A stretch of DNA of 64,000 nt from Phaeosaccion multiseriatum (GCA_965112735.1 OZ218957.1:2294001-2358000), one strand, 5' to 3'; shown: positions 12,535-29,752, counted from the first letter of the stretch. Notes: a model not told the origin generated them from the sequence alone. Translations and numbers: made by a program.

Positions 12535-12730
12535 CAGCAGCAGGAGCAGGAGCAGGAGGAGGAGCGGCGGAAATCGTCGCTCCTCTGTTTTTCGGCCTCT
12601 TCGTCGCACAGGGGCACTGTCCATGCTTGTGCCGGTGCTGCCATGCCGCCTGCCTCTCTTCCATGTTGATATAGGTTCATAATTCACTCCCCCCTATCCC
12701 TTTCTCCTTTCTAGACTCAAAGCTCTGCTC
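12535..12730 (+). pseudogene. Degenerate copy of the DnaJ 3' end and 3' flank (direct repeat of ~8510-8700)
   Basis: TCTTCGTCGCACAGGGGCACTGTCCATGCTT...CCATGTTGATAT aligns with TCTTCGTCGCGCAGTGGCACTCTCCATGCTT...CCATGTTGATAT at ~8557-8631. Confidence 0.75.
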
Positions 12731-13070
12731 TAGAGGGAGTACATATTACACCCTTAAGTGTTGTCTAAAAGTAATGTCTCACCGCCCCGGCGAACTTAGC
12801 CCTCGAGGTCGTGTCCCTCTGACTCATCAGTTCTCCCCATTGGAACAAAGTTGATACCAGCCAGGATCCTGTGTCGAACCGATCGTTCGTGTCGGGCCCG
12901 CTGGAGCGCTACGGCTAATCGCCGCCGAATGACGCAAACAGCTGCTCTAGAGGGCGATACAGTGCTGTCCCTAGCGTGTTGGTGATTCGTTCACAGTTGT
13001 CTGCGCCGTTGGATGGGAAAGGATGATCGGGAAAGGGAAAGTCTCCCTGTTTTTGGGCCAGGGCGCCTAA

Positions 13071-17637
<4,567 letters not shown>

Positions 17638-18809
17638 GGAGGGGCGGGGAGGGGGAGGGAGGAGGAGGAGGAGGAGGAGGAGGAGGAGGAGGAGGAGGAG
17701 GAGGAGGAGGAGGGGGAGGAAGGAGGAGGAGGAGGAGGAGGAGGAGGAGGAGGAGGAGGAGAAGGAGGAGGAGGAGGAGGAGCGAGGGCGGATACTATCA
17801 AGAGGAGGCGACGAAGTGTGACTGTCTCTTCCGGTCCACTACAGCACTAGAAAGCCCCCCTACTCACCTACTTCACTCACGGTGCAGAAGCGCTTTCCCC
17901 CTCCTTCCGAGGGGGTGTGCCTTTGCCTGCACACTCCTTGCCACGCCGCACTCTTTGGAGGGCAGGAAGAAATCGTCTCTCTCAAAATCGTAGTACTACA
18001 GACACTTTCTTTCAAACAGCAACATAATATTAAAATTATTGTTAACGTATGTATGATCAAAAGAGCGTCCCCTGTGGCCCTGCTGACCCTGCTGGCCTAA
18101 CTATCTTCCACTTCGACGCCAGATCCTACTCACTCAAGAAAGAAAAAAGGAATTGTCGGGCCGTATCAGCTCTACACGAATCAAGAAAGAAAAAAGTAAC
18201 TGTATTGTAACTGTTGGGCCGTATCAGCTCTACACGAAGGCCTAACGTATCCGTCCTCCTCACTGTGTCCTTCGCTCTTGTCCCTCCAGCCCGCCCTGGG
18301 GGGTGTCGATATCGATGGGGTCCATGTGTAGTCATATGTAATCAAGGTCAATAAACTAAAACTGAGTGTCCTCCTCCTCCTCCTCCTCCTCCTCCTCATC
18401 CAATCCTCCCGGGGCATCCGGCGCTCCAGTACACCCGTGCTCAAACCAGATCCTTCCTGACGACCAGCAGGCTCTCGTCCCCGTCGCCGCTCCCTCTCCC
18501 CTCCTGTCCGCTGTCTGCCCACCCACGGCCCCCCAACCCATCGTCCACCCTCGTCGGTCGTCCGACCGTAGTGGTGAGGTCACACCCGGATATGCATGTG
18601 GGGTCTGTCCCCCCCCCGAGGTGAGTCCTCCTTCCTTCCCCTCCCCCCCTCCTCCATCCACAAGCATCCTCCTCTGAGGGATGACGGGTATAGATCTAGT
18701 GTACTCCATCCACTGCCATCCTCCTCTTGACATATGATGGAATGATGGACATCGATAGTCAAGGCGGTGCCATCACATCCATCAGTCAGTCAATCGAGGA
18801 GTATTCCCT

Positions 18810-19628
18810 TCATGACTGAGGCTCAAAACACATACACCAAGTCGGCATGAGCGCCGCACACCCTTCTCCCTTGGTCCAGTTCCGATCGATGGCCTCCCCC
18901 GCCACCGCCGCTCCGTTCGCTCCTCCTGCTCCATTCGCCGACCCGGCTGCGCCCGACACCTCATCGCTCTTCAAGCCCGATTGAACGATGGGTGCGAGCT
19001 CGTTGCCTCCTCCATTCGCTCCTACCCCACTTCGGCTCTCGTCCTGGTCCATTCCCTGGAGCACTCTGAGCACCTCCACCCATCGAGATGCCTCTTCTCG
19101 GCTAGCCGCCTTCATCGTGTATACTCGTTCGTTGAGCTCGATGGTAAACATGCTGCCATCGTTCTCCTCGTCCTGTTGTGTCAGGAGGAGGAGGAGGAGG
19201 AGGAGGAGGAGGAGGAGGAAGAAGAGGAGGAAGAGGAGGAGGAGAAGGAGAAGGAAGAGGAGGAGAAGGGAGGAAGGGAGGGAGGGAAAGAGCGAGCGAC
19301 GGAGGGAGGGAGGGAGGGAGGGAGGACGAGACAAGATGAGGAGGAAGCAAGCACACGAGTATCAGCAGGCATGACATAACGAGGGTAGAAAGGCTGAAGA
19401 CTAAGAGCCTGCCCGGCGAGAGGCCGCAAGTAAGCAGAGCAGAGGCAGAGCGCTTTGCACCCCGCTGCACTCATCAAGTAGGTCAGCTGCTGGGTGAAAG
19501 GAGGACTTACCGCTGTATCTGGATCCACAAGCTTAATCTCTCCGACCTGCGGCAAATTGAGCGCCGCTAGCAGCTTCTCCATTCGCTTGTTCTTGTAGTA
19601 AGTCAGGAAGAAACCCTGACTCTCGAAC
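18810..19628 (-). CDS. PH-domain protein (3' exons only; 5' exon not located)
   Basis: FESQGFFLTYYKNK...LLAALNLPQVGEI and FTIELNERVYTMKAASREEASRWVEVL are typical PH strands plus C-terminal helix with Trp. Cys-rich C-terminus. Confidence 0.7.
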
Positions 19629-21349
19629 CTGACGTCAACACAAGCACAACAACAGAAAAGACAGGAGAAGCCCAGAGCACGCAGCAGGAGAGAGTTTTGC
19701 ATGTGGTGGTGTGGTGGTGGTGGTGGTGGTGGTGGTGGTGGAAAGAAGGTGTCAGAGAGCGAGAGGCTTTCGATCGATCACGAGAGGAAGGGTAAGCGAC
19801 GAGCGACGAGAAATGGCAGATGGCAGCATCCAAGCTCTGGCTCTGCTCCATCCGTAGCCGGCTCCTCCTTTCACACCCTTGTGAGATAGACTTCCCGGAC
19901 GAGACACGCACATCCTCCCCCCCCTGAAGGCTGGAAGTGGCCATGGGAGTCCCGTCGAGACGATCCACAGCTCCCGCACCCCACCCTCCGCCCTCTCTCC
20001 CTCCCTGTCTTGCTCTCTCTCCCTGCATCCATCTCTCGTCGTCTCTCTTTCTCCCTCTGTGTGTATCACATGTCTTCTCTCTCTCCCAGCAATGCATTCT
20101 CTCTGTATCTGTCTTCCCTTCGTCGCTCGTCCGCTCGCGTGACCGCATGCTCGCGCCGCCTTCCTCCTCGGGTGGCTTGACGCGGCTGCTCCCCTGATTC
20201 CGAACCCAGCCTCGCATACATTTAATCTCCCTCTGCCCCGCCAGAACCTCCATACAGGATAAGACAGCAGCTCGCAAGACGCTCCCTCTCTCCCCCTTTT
20301 GCCATTCGGATATTCTTTCTCACCATCTTGACTGCCACTTCCCGTTCTTTGCCTTTTTGTGCAGGTAGCCGCTAATCTGAGGAATAGGAGCGGTAGACCG
20401 GAGGCCATTTGTCGGGGTCGCAGCCATCGCTCAACTTCTTCTTCCACTTCTTCCCCTTCTCTTTTCTGTTTTCTCCTTGTTTCTTGGACCCCTTTCCCCC
20501 CCCTTCCCGCTGTGATCGAAGAGCCCAACCCCTGAGCTACCTTCAGGATCCTTCTCCTCCCGTACTGGGAGTGAGGCAGTGAGCAGCGCCTGGCCCCCGC
20601 TGCGTCCACGACCTCTTGGATCCCCTCCCGACGGATTCTGGCAAAAAGCCCTGTGGGCAAAAGATCTAACGCAGCCTCCTGCGAAAAATATCCCAAGGAG
20701 TTCTCTCCTTTCTTAGTATTGCATAGGCCTAGGAGCAGACAGGAGGATAGGAGAAACTCCTTCAGCTCCTTTCTCTTACTGCCAAAAGACCTGTGATGAA
20801 AAAGGAGGAGGCTGAGCGTAGGTTTCCAGGATGTGACGTTTTTCACGAACGCAGAGGCCTCATTCTCCCACAAGAGCTTTCAGCAGCAGGTAGGAGTCCT
20901 TGGTTGCCGTTCTCCCTTTCCTTCTCTAAACCTTGGTGTGGTGTAGTTTCTATCCACTTCTTGCCCTTTGTGTCGGGCCTTCCGGGCGCTTTCACGGCCA
21001 CTTCTTTCCCCTCTCCCCTCCTCCCTTCCCTCATGCGATATATCCTGATTGTGCAAGACCGCGCCCTCGTCCCCTGGGCGCAGCAAACCACCCTGAAACC
21101 TCCCCCTGTTGGATGTGCCTTGCTCTTTTTAGGGCGCACACCGTCTCTGAAGGAACTCCAACTAATTTTTTTGTCGTTCCGCTCCTCCCCTTTTCCCCTT
21201 CACTTACCCTATTGCTCGACCTCCAGGCATCAATCGCTGCTGTCGGATACAAGCAATAGACAGCAGGGAGGGTGCCTCAGCCCTTCTGAAGGTGCCCCCC
21301 CGAACCTTCACTCCATCCTGGTCGTCCGGTCTCCCAAGCTTAGGTGACT

Positions 21350-23231
21350 ATGGCGTCATCGCTGGCACCATGGGCGCCCTCACCTACTGGCTCCTCCACG
21401 AGCATGATGGGGGGTTGGTACAACAAGAAGGGCACCAGCGGGAAAGGTCACAGAGGGGGTGGGGGTGGAAGCAGTAGGGGCGGCGGAGGAGGAGACAGCT
21501 TGAGGGGAGGCAGGCAGGCCGGGCAACAAGAAGACTCTGGCTCGGGGCCTCTGACGCTGAGGTGAGGAGGGGGGCGTTTTTGGTGGCCGCTGCAAAGCGT
21601 CGCGTGACGGTGCTGATTCCTGTGGTTGTTGTTCTCTTCGCGGTCTGACGGCTCCCTCGCTCGTGCCCACTCCCCCCCCTGCCGCAGCCAAACCGGCCCC
21701 AACATGCCTGTGCAGACCCCACACACCCCTGGCGGCAACCCCTCCATCTACCAAAGCAACCAGTTCAACACAATGGCGGGCATGAGTGTCCACGGCACCA
21801 TCGTCAGCACCAACAGCACTGCGCTCGTCTCCGGCCAGCAGCAGCACAGCGGCAGCAACAGCGTGCACTTCGCCGCCTACGAGGGCAAGCTTGAAAAGGT
21901 TAAGCGGTACATTCGCAGGGGGGGGGACCTTGAAGTGCGAGACCGGTACGGCTCCACCCCCCTCTTGCTGGCGGCGGAGAAGGGACACACAGACATCGTG
22001 GCGCTACTGCTGGACAATGGAGCTGACGTACAGGGCAAGGACCAACACGACTACACTTCCCTACACACCGCCACCTACCACGGAAACCTAGAGACGGTGA
22101 CGCTGCTGATGGAGCGGGGCGCGAATCTGTTTGCACAGGACGACAGAGGCCGTAGGCCGTTAGCCCTCGCCCAAAAGAAGGAGCTCTATCAGCTGCTCGT
22201 GATGAAGGAGAAGGAGGCGGCCTTTGGAGACGACATCTTCACGGCCATCAAGAGCGGAAACCTTGACGCGGTGCGATCCTTTGCCCGCTCCAAGGCCTCG
22301 AGGGGGCTCAAGAGCACAGCGGGGATGACCCCGCTCCACTTTGCCTGCTTCCACGGCTTGCCTGAAGTCACCAAGTGAGTTGATGGGGTGTGGTAGTGGG
22401 AATTATATTGTTGACTAATGGGAATCAACCTAGAGAATTACGTTGTTTGGTAGTGGGAATGTGGGGATTATATTTGCTTGACTTACAGGAATCAACCTAA
22501 GAATGACGTCGTGTGGGTAGTGGTGGAGGAGGTGGATTGGTAATGAAATGAGTAGAGTGGCAGTGGGTGGAACGACAATGGAAAGAATGCTCCCCTTCCC
22601 CCCTTGCCTCTACTCACCCACCCTCCATTCCCCTCCCCTCCCCTCCCCTCCTCCCCCCTCCCACACACAAAAAGGATCCTCCTGGAGGCGGGCTCCGACC
22701 CGTGCGTAACGGACGACACGGGTGATACCCCCTTGCACCTTGCCTGCTACAATGGCAACACGCAGGCCATCAAGCTCTTGTGCGAGGCAGGGGCCAACAC
22801 TATGGCAGTGGATGCCAATGGAAAGACCCCGGCCGAGCGCAACAGCAAGAGCCTGGGACTGCAGCTGTACATGGAGCAAGAGGCCTATGCCAACTTGCCT
22901 CGAAACATTGCCCACCTGCGGTACGTTTGGAGGGGGACGGGAGTGGGGGGGAGGGAAGGGAGTGGGCTGGGAGGAGGGAACGGGAGGGAGCAGGGGTGGG
23001 ATGGGCTCTCTCTTTCTCTCTGTGTGTGCCGAGGTTCAGCGTGTGTCTTATCCGTCTGTCTGTGTGTGGTTTGTGCGTGTGTGTGTGTGGTTTGTGTGTG
23101 TGTGTGTGAGTGAGTGTCAACTCCTGCGTCGTTTTCGTCACTGTGGCGAAGGGGATGCCTTCTTCATTGCCTGGGTCAAGGCCAGCCGGTGTACTTGCCT
23201 CATCGTCCCTCACCGCCTGTTCGCTCTCCCG

Positions 23232-23309
<78 letters not shown>

Positions 23310-24031
23310 CGTGCTTACCCCTCCTCCCTCCCTCCGCCTGTCGCCTCTATCTTGTTGCCGTGCAGTAAGTCAACGGTGGAGATGCAGCAGCGTGTGGACT
23401 CCAACGAGTCGCTCTTTGTGCAGAAGGCGACGGCCATCAAGGGGCTCAAGCTGGCGCTGCAGGAGAGAGATGTGGAGGTGCTCAAGTTGAAGAGGAGGGT
23501 GAGTGTGGAAGGGAGGGACAAAGAGAGACGGGGGGGGGGGGGGGAGAGGGAGGGAGGGTGAGTGGTGGGTGAGTCACACATCGTTACACGTCTCGAACAT
23601 TTCGTTCGTTCTTTCATTCTTTCTTTCTTTGTTTGTTTTCACAGGTGACTGAGCAAGATGCGGACATCCGTATGCTCCGCGAGAAGATGGTGCTTGTCGA
23701 CAAGATGGTCACCGAGGTAAGTTCGAGCGTGCGTGCGTGCGTGCGTGAAGTGTATTCGATGTCGATCATATCACCTTGTTTCTTCAGAATCAGTTTACTC
23801 TGAAATGTCTGGTTGGAAAGACGCTAGGTGCACAAGTTGGAAGTGTGGGTTGGTTGTGCCGGGTGTGTCTAACGAAACTGAAACGAAAACTGAAGGTGAA
23901 ACTGAATGAAACTGACACAGGTGCGCAAGGGAGGCAACCGGACGCTCAACGACCTCTTGAAGGAGGCAACCAAAGAGACGGGCGACAAGACGGGCAGCGG
24001 AGGGGCAGGAGAAGGATGCATCATCTCGTGA
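21350..24031 (+). CDS. Canonical ankyrin-repeat protein with coiled coil and C-terminal CaaX (CIIS)
   Basis: Repeats GSTPLLLAA, DYTSLHTA, GMTPLHFAC, GDTPLHLAC. Exon 1 (21350-21561) splices in frame to 21688. Last exon 23921-24031 reads VRKGG...GEGCIIS-stop. Confidence 0.85.
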
Positions 24032-24764
24032 CCGTAGAGACTGATACATACTCGTAGAGACTCGTTTGAGAGAGAGAGGGAGAGAAAGAGAGAGCGGGAA
24101 ATGAGAGAGAGGAACGAGAGAGAGAGGGCGTGTCACAGAGAGACTTGACTCCGAGAGGGGGGGAGAGGGAGGGAAGGGAAGCAGGTCTTGTACGGGCGAG
24201 GGAGGGGCGGGTTACTCTGTGGGTTTTCTTCGGAAGGCCCTCCAGTGGGTGGATGCTCTCCCTTCCTTCCCTCTGCTCCCTGCTGGCCACGGGGGCTTGG
24301 CTCTCTTGTCTTGGGAGGAGGAGGAGGAGGAGGAGGAGGAGGAGGAGGAGGGGAGGAGGAGGAGGAGGAGGAGGGGAGGAGGAGGAGGAGGAGGAGGAGG
24401 AGGAGGAGGAGTCAGTCATGGGCTTGGCTTAGAGGCTTACGTAGATAAAGACACACTCCGTTTATTGTGAGGAGGTGATGTGTTATTAAGTTTGTGTGTT
24501 GTTTTCTGAATGAACGTCAGATGGAAAGCTGTTGATGGAGAGGAACACAGAGAGCACACTTATCCCTCTCTCTGTGTGTGTGTTGTCTCTCTTGCTCTCT
24601 CTCATCACTCTGTGTGTGTGTCTCTCTCTCTACCCCCCCCCCCCCTCTGGACTCCTACCCGCAACACAAACACAGTCACTGCGAGGAAGGTGATGGGCCT
24701 CTTCCTCCCCTCACCTCCCCTACCCCCCTGCCTCCCCCCCTCCCTCCCTCCCTTCCTCCCTCCC

Positions 24765-26599
24765 TCACGTCTCCCTGTCCGCCACTGCCGCATCAACGCC
24801 CACCTCCAGCACCTCCTCATCGTCCTCTAACTCCGTGAGGCGCCTCCGCAAATGGCGGCCCCAAAAGCCCATCACACACCGAACCTCGACCTCTCCATTT
24901 AGCAGAGAGTGGCCCTTGCCTTGGACGCAGTGATAGCCCACGACCTCGTCCTGCACGACCTCGTCCTGCACGACCTCGTCCTGCACGACCTCGTCCTGCT
25001 GCTCCTCTTGCTCCGTGTCTTGCTCCTTCTCTCTCTCCTTGTCCTTCTCCTCCTTGGTCTTGGTCTTGGTTTTGGTCTCCTCCTCCCTCCCCATCCTTGC
25101 CTCCTCGTCGCTGGCAGCAGTTGGTGATCCAGTAGCAGTGGCTCTCTGGTACAGAGCGGCCGTTCGCTCGACCGCCAGAGGAGGCACAGTGCTGTCCACA
25201 CTCCCGGATATAAACAGTGCCGGAATGGCCTCGCCTTGACCCTTCCTTCTCCCCTCCCCTCTGCGGCTGCCGCTGCCATCTTCACCATCAGCAGTGCTGG
25301 GGTCGCCAGTACCGCGGCTCCGGCTGCGGCTGCGTCTGCTGCTGTTGCGGTCCGTACCGTTCATGCCCTCTGTGCCGCTGTAAGAGGCCACGAGCTCTGG
25401 CAGAGCCTCCGCGCAGATCACCACCATGCCTCCCAAGGGTCTGGATGGGCTTGACCTGGGAGGAGCCAGCGGCCCTGCAAAAGCAAGAGGAGGAGCGGGA
25501 TGTTGCGCACAAGATGAAGAAGATGAAGAAGAGCCTTCCGCAGAGTGTTCCGCAGTAAGCGCCAGAGCGAGGTCCACGCACACCGTCCCTCCCATGGAGA
25601 AGCCCATGAGGAATATACCATCCTGACACCAGGCACCGCCGGCCTCTGTCTGCAGGGCCCGGAGTAGCTGAAGCATCAGCCCGCGCGTGTGCAAGAGGCT
25701 GGCGGCTCGGCAGTTGTCGTCGGGGTCGTGGGAGGGCTGGATGTATTCCCCTGCTGACATGTCCAAGACTTGGAACCAGGAGAAGCCGAGCTCGAAGGGC
25801 ATAGCGAGGGGCGCACGGAGGGCCAACGACGCCGTCTGCGGTGTTTGCGTTGTGTGTGAAGTCCAGGGGGCGGCGGGGGGCGGGAAGAGGGGTGAGGGAA
25901 GGGTCAAGCGTTTAGCCGATGTTTGGGTGGCCATGTGCATGCGTCTTCAGGAGAGGGGCAGCATCATCGTCGAGTTAAACGTTAGTAAAAGCACAAAAAT
26001 TGGAAGGAGGGGGCAGTCTACTTCGAGACTGTAGCTCGTTTCGCGCCGCTCTTCTATCGGACTTGCTGGAGGTGTCACACGTGTCCCGTTTCCCTGCTCA
26101 TCTCATTGGATCGATCCTGTTGAGATACAGACCACTGTATTATCCGAGCGGCCGCACCACCTAACGGTACCTGTCGTACCTGGGGGAGATTCATGGCCTT
26201 CGCGAGCTGGGCATACTTGTGGTGCGTATCCCCAAGACCGTGCAGCAAGATGACCAAGTTCTCGTCCACGCCATCGCTGGAAGGGGCGTAGATGAAGTCA
26301 CGAAGCTGCTCTGGAAAACATTTCGGTTCAGGACGCCTCCTCTTTCTGCCTTTCGGCTTCGCTCTCCCGTGGTGGCTGCTACTGCTGCTACTGGTACTGC
26401 TATTGGGGATTGTGGGGGTGCTGGTGCGAGAGGTCGTGGGCTTGGCACTGCTCTTGGTGCTCTCTCTCAAGGGCTCCCCCTGGCCATCGCCCCAGACCCA
26501 CTCCGTCTCCACGCTTCCACCCACAGCCCTCTCGACCTTCATCGGCCGACCAGCAGCATCATTCCAAGCGCATAGCACACTGTCGGAGCTTCTCTCCAT
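24765..26599 (-). CDS. Alpha/beta hydrolase, phospholipase/carboxylesterase (Abhydrolase_2) family, 2 exons
   Basis: VILLHGLGD oxyanion motif, GFSMGG nucleophile elbow, GSVD, KGHSL. Exons 26599-26180 and 25835-24765. Confidence 0.85.
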
Positions 26600-27127
26600 G
26601 GCAGTTGCGTCGTCCTGTAGGAGAAAGAGAAGGATCAGAGGAAGGATCGGATCGACCGGAAAGGGGGCTGGAGGGCGTGTTGGTTGTTCGAGAATCTGTG
26701 ATACGCCCGATCCGGGGAGAGGCGCATTGAAAGGCAGAGATTACGCCAGGCTCAGCACGGCCCTTGAGGGTGAACTGCACCTATCCGTGTACATAATTTG
26801 TATATACAACGCATTGGTCTTCTTCAGTTGCCTCTACTCTCTCGCGCACGCTTCGTGGAGCATGTAGAGGTTGATCAGAGAGGGGGTGGCGCCGCAGGCC
26901 GGGAAAGTTTATAATTTCTTTTTTTTCTCCCTTTTTGGGCCGGCGCTCGACGGTATAAAAGTGAGCCCCGATCCGGGCGCGCCGCGGCGTTCATGACAGC
27001 ATCGGCGGCGCGGGCAAGGGATGCAGAGTGTTTATATAAATTGGGTCCTCAAGGCCATGGCGATCAAACACCCGGAGTCTTTATTTCGCAGCTTACACAA
27101 TGGTTGAAGAGAAGGGGGTAGAGGGGA

Positions 27128-28141
27128 TCAGTCTTGGCAGTTGCAGGGGTGTCCATTTGCGTGCACCCACTGCTTCATCTCCTCAAACGCGGCAGGGGGC
27201 ATATCCCATTCATCACCATCATCGTCTTTCCACCACTGTGGGCATGCCATGCAGTTCCAAGGACACATGACCTCCTCCGATCGGAGCCATTTCAGCATGG
27301 AGAGGCTCTTGGCGGGATAAACTGCGCAACTACACACACTTTCATCCCACCTGCACAGCTCTCGTGCGTTTGCGTGCAGCCATTGCAGCACTTCCAGATG
27401 TCCCTCTCCGGCCGCCTGTTCAGGCGCATCCCTCAAAGGGCTGTAGTGCCCTTCCGCCTCCACATGAGCTCTGACCTTGGGGTGGTGCACGAGCATGTCC
27501 AGTACTTCAATGCGCCCCGCCATCACAGCCTCGCTCGATATCCAAAAGTCCTGTCGCCCCTCAAACTCTTCGGACAGGAGCCACTCCACAACCTCCACAT
27601 TGCCGCACTTGGCAGCTTCCCCACTGACCCAATCTTCAGACCAAGGACACTGCTCCTTGTCGGGGAGGTCCTCGGATCGCAACCACTTGAGGACACGCAA
27701 CCCATGCCTAGCATTCCTCACAGCCGCTTTGCAGGCCTTTTCATCCCAGGGGCAGCTCAAATGATGAAGTTCCTCGCACACGCTCACATCTCCGAACTCT
27801 GCCGCCGCCTTGAAAGTGCTCTCACTCAGCTCGTACCCACACTTCTTGGCCCAACGCAAGCGCTTGACAGACTCCACCACACTTGGAAGGGAGGTCTTGA
27901 GTGAAGAATATGCCATGCTATACTCCTCTTGCCACTCCTTGCACACGGTGGCGACGAAGACGTGGTGGCCGTTCCCCACAAGGAGCATGACTCTCCGCAG
28001 GACCTCCTCCATCCCCAAGGCCTTGGCACTGGCCACGTAAGTATCCTGGGCCACAGCAGCTTCAGCAGCAGTCCCCAGGGCACTGTTATCCGCATCTACG
28101 CTGCTGCCCATGCACTGCCTCTTGGAGGTCGCCTCCGTCAT
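27128..28141 (-). CDS. Intronless CPW-type ankyrin-like repeat protein, type B (B2)
   Basis: MTEATSKRQC...GHPCNCQD, collinear with B1. Confidence 0.85.
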   Translation of the reverse strand: MTEATSKRQCMGSSVDADNSALGTAAEAAVAQDTYVASAKALGMEEVLRRVMLLVGNGHHVFVATVCKEWQEEYSMAYSSLKTSLPSVVESVKRLRWAKKCGYELSESTFKAAAEFGDVSVCEELHHLSCPWDEKACKAAVRNARHGLRVLKWLRSEDLPDKEQCPWSEDWVSGEAAKCGNVEVVEWLLSEEFEGRQDFWISSEAVMAGRIEVLDMLVHHPKVRAHVEAEGHYSPLRDAPEQAAGEGHLEVLQWLHANARELCRWDESVCSCAVYPAKSLSMLKWLRSEEVMCPWNCMACPQWWKDDDGDEWDMPPAAFEEMKQWVHANGHPCNCQD

Positions 28142-28690
28142 CCTGAGTCTAGCAGTGTTGCTCCCCCCCGTTGCTCCCCCCGATTTAAATCCTCCCCACC
28201 TCGCGCAGCGGCGCCTCCAGGTGATGGCGGTACCAAAGAAGCAACAGCAGGAGAACAAGGGTGGTGAATTTTGAAAAAAAATGGTTGAGGCGGCCAGTCC
28301 AGCATCACAAATGCCGACTCCGAACGACCAACTTTCAACTGGGAGGGGGCAATAGGCCGTGGTTTCTACACGGACAGCTACGGCAGCAGGTAGATTGTGG
28401 CGGTGACTAGGAAAGGCTGGGATGGGACGAAGAGCAGCCGAGGGCACGCTGGGAGATGGTTGTGGAGTGTCGATGCCTCAGTCTCACACAGATGCCCCCT
28501 TTGCCTCTGCTTCTTCTCATTTTACCTTCCTGTATCTCTCTGTCTCCGTCCCTTTTCGCGCCATACCAGGCTTCACTGAAGAGAACACCCCCCAAGCTTC
28601 CCTCCTATCTCCTCTACCCATCGAAAGTATCAAACAGTCAGAGGGAAAGGGGGAGAAAGGCCCAGACGAGAGAGCGGGGCTGCAGAAGAT

Positions 28691-29752
28691 ATGGAGGGAC
28701 CTGACCACGAGCAGGGCGGCGAACAGCTCCAGCCCGCTCTAACCTCCGCCTCCTCAGGGGCAGTCACTCGTACTCTCCATGGAAGAGATGGTGCCAGTGT
28801 TGCCGTCGCCCTTCCTGAAAACGAGGGAAGCGGTGGCGAGACTTTTGAAGCTTGTGACCAAGCCCTGGCGCAGGCGGTGTTGCTCAGCACAGTCATGGAG
28901 TGGACTGGGGAGGATCACGACTTCTTCATCGCACCGGTGAGCAAAGAGTGGAAGGAACACTACAGACGCCTCTTTCCGGCCAACACAACGCATCTCAGGA
29001 GTGTGGTGGAGTCTGTGGAGCACTTGAAGTGCGCAACGAAGTACGGGTATGAGCTGAGTAGGAAGACGTTTCGGGCTGCTGCTGAGTACGGAGACGTGGG
29101 CGTGTGCAAGGCTCTGTACAGCATGGGCTGTTCATGGGATTGGGGCGTGAGTAGGGCTGCTGTGAGGAATGAGAGGCACGGACTCAGCATCCTCCAATGG
29201 CTGCGGACGGAGGACCTGCCCGAGAAGGAGAGGTGCCCGTGGAATGAACATGTATGTAGAGAAGCAGCTCGGCAGGGGAAGCTGGAGATGCTGGAGTGGA
29301 TGCTCGCAGACGACGTGAATGCGCCATTTGACGGCAGCATTTGGAGCGGATCTATTCGATCGGGGCGTGTTGCTGTGGTCGAGTGGGTCCTCTGCCATGC
29401 CAAGATCAGAGCTGAGATGGAGGCGGCAGGGGAATTCAGCGAGTGGAGGAATGGGCCTTACTGGGCGACCCAAGAGGGTAACCTGGAGTTGCTCCAATGC
29501 ATGCATGCAAACGCACGGGAGCTGTGCAGTTGGGATGCATCTGTCTGTACTAACGCAGTTCGGTACGCCAAGAGCCTCTCCATACTGAAATGGCTCCGAT
29601 CGGACGAGGTCATGTGTCTTTGGGACTTCGTGGCATGTCCGCAGTACTATAAAGATGCGCTTGGTGATAGGTGGGATATGCCCGCTGCCGCCTTGGAGGA
29701 GATGAAGCAGTGGGTGCACGCCAATGGACACCCCTGCCGCTGCGAGGACTGA
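28691..29752 (+). CDS. Intronless CPW-type ankyrin-like repeat protein, type A (A2)
   Basis: 353-aa ORF MEGPD...GHPCRCED, collinear with A1 and divergent from B2. Confidence 0.85.
   Translation: MEGPDHEQGGEQLQPALTSASSGAVTRTLHGRDGASVAVALPENEGSGGETFEACDQALAQAVLLSTVMEWTGEDHDFFIAPVSKEWKEHYRRLFPANTTHLRSVVESVEHLKCATKYGYELSRKTFRAAAEYGDVGVCKALYSMGCSWDWGVSRAAVRNERHGLSILQWLRTEDLPEKERCPWNEHVCREAARQGKLEMLEWMLADDVNAPFDGSIWSGSIRSGRVAVVEWVLCHAKIRAEMEAAGEFSEWRNGPYWATQEGNLELLQCMHANARELCSWDASVCTNAVRYAKSLSILKWLRSDEVMCLWDFVACPQYYKDALGDRWDMPAAALEEMKQWVHANGHPCRCED

Noticed and set aside
12711-12955. CTAG sites (GCTCTAGAGGG twice) as Helitron 3' ends
   Set aside because: No clear subterminal hairpin, no A|T target site, and no RepHel gene.
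18135-18238. Two-copy direct repeat (TCAAGAAAGAAAAAAG...GGGCCGTATCAGCTCTACACGAA)
   Set aside because: A small intergenic duplication with no supporting element structure.
19752-20873. 373-aa ORF upstream of the PH exons
   Set aside because: No domain signal and it crosses simple repeats. It may hide PH 5' exons, but none could be defined.
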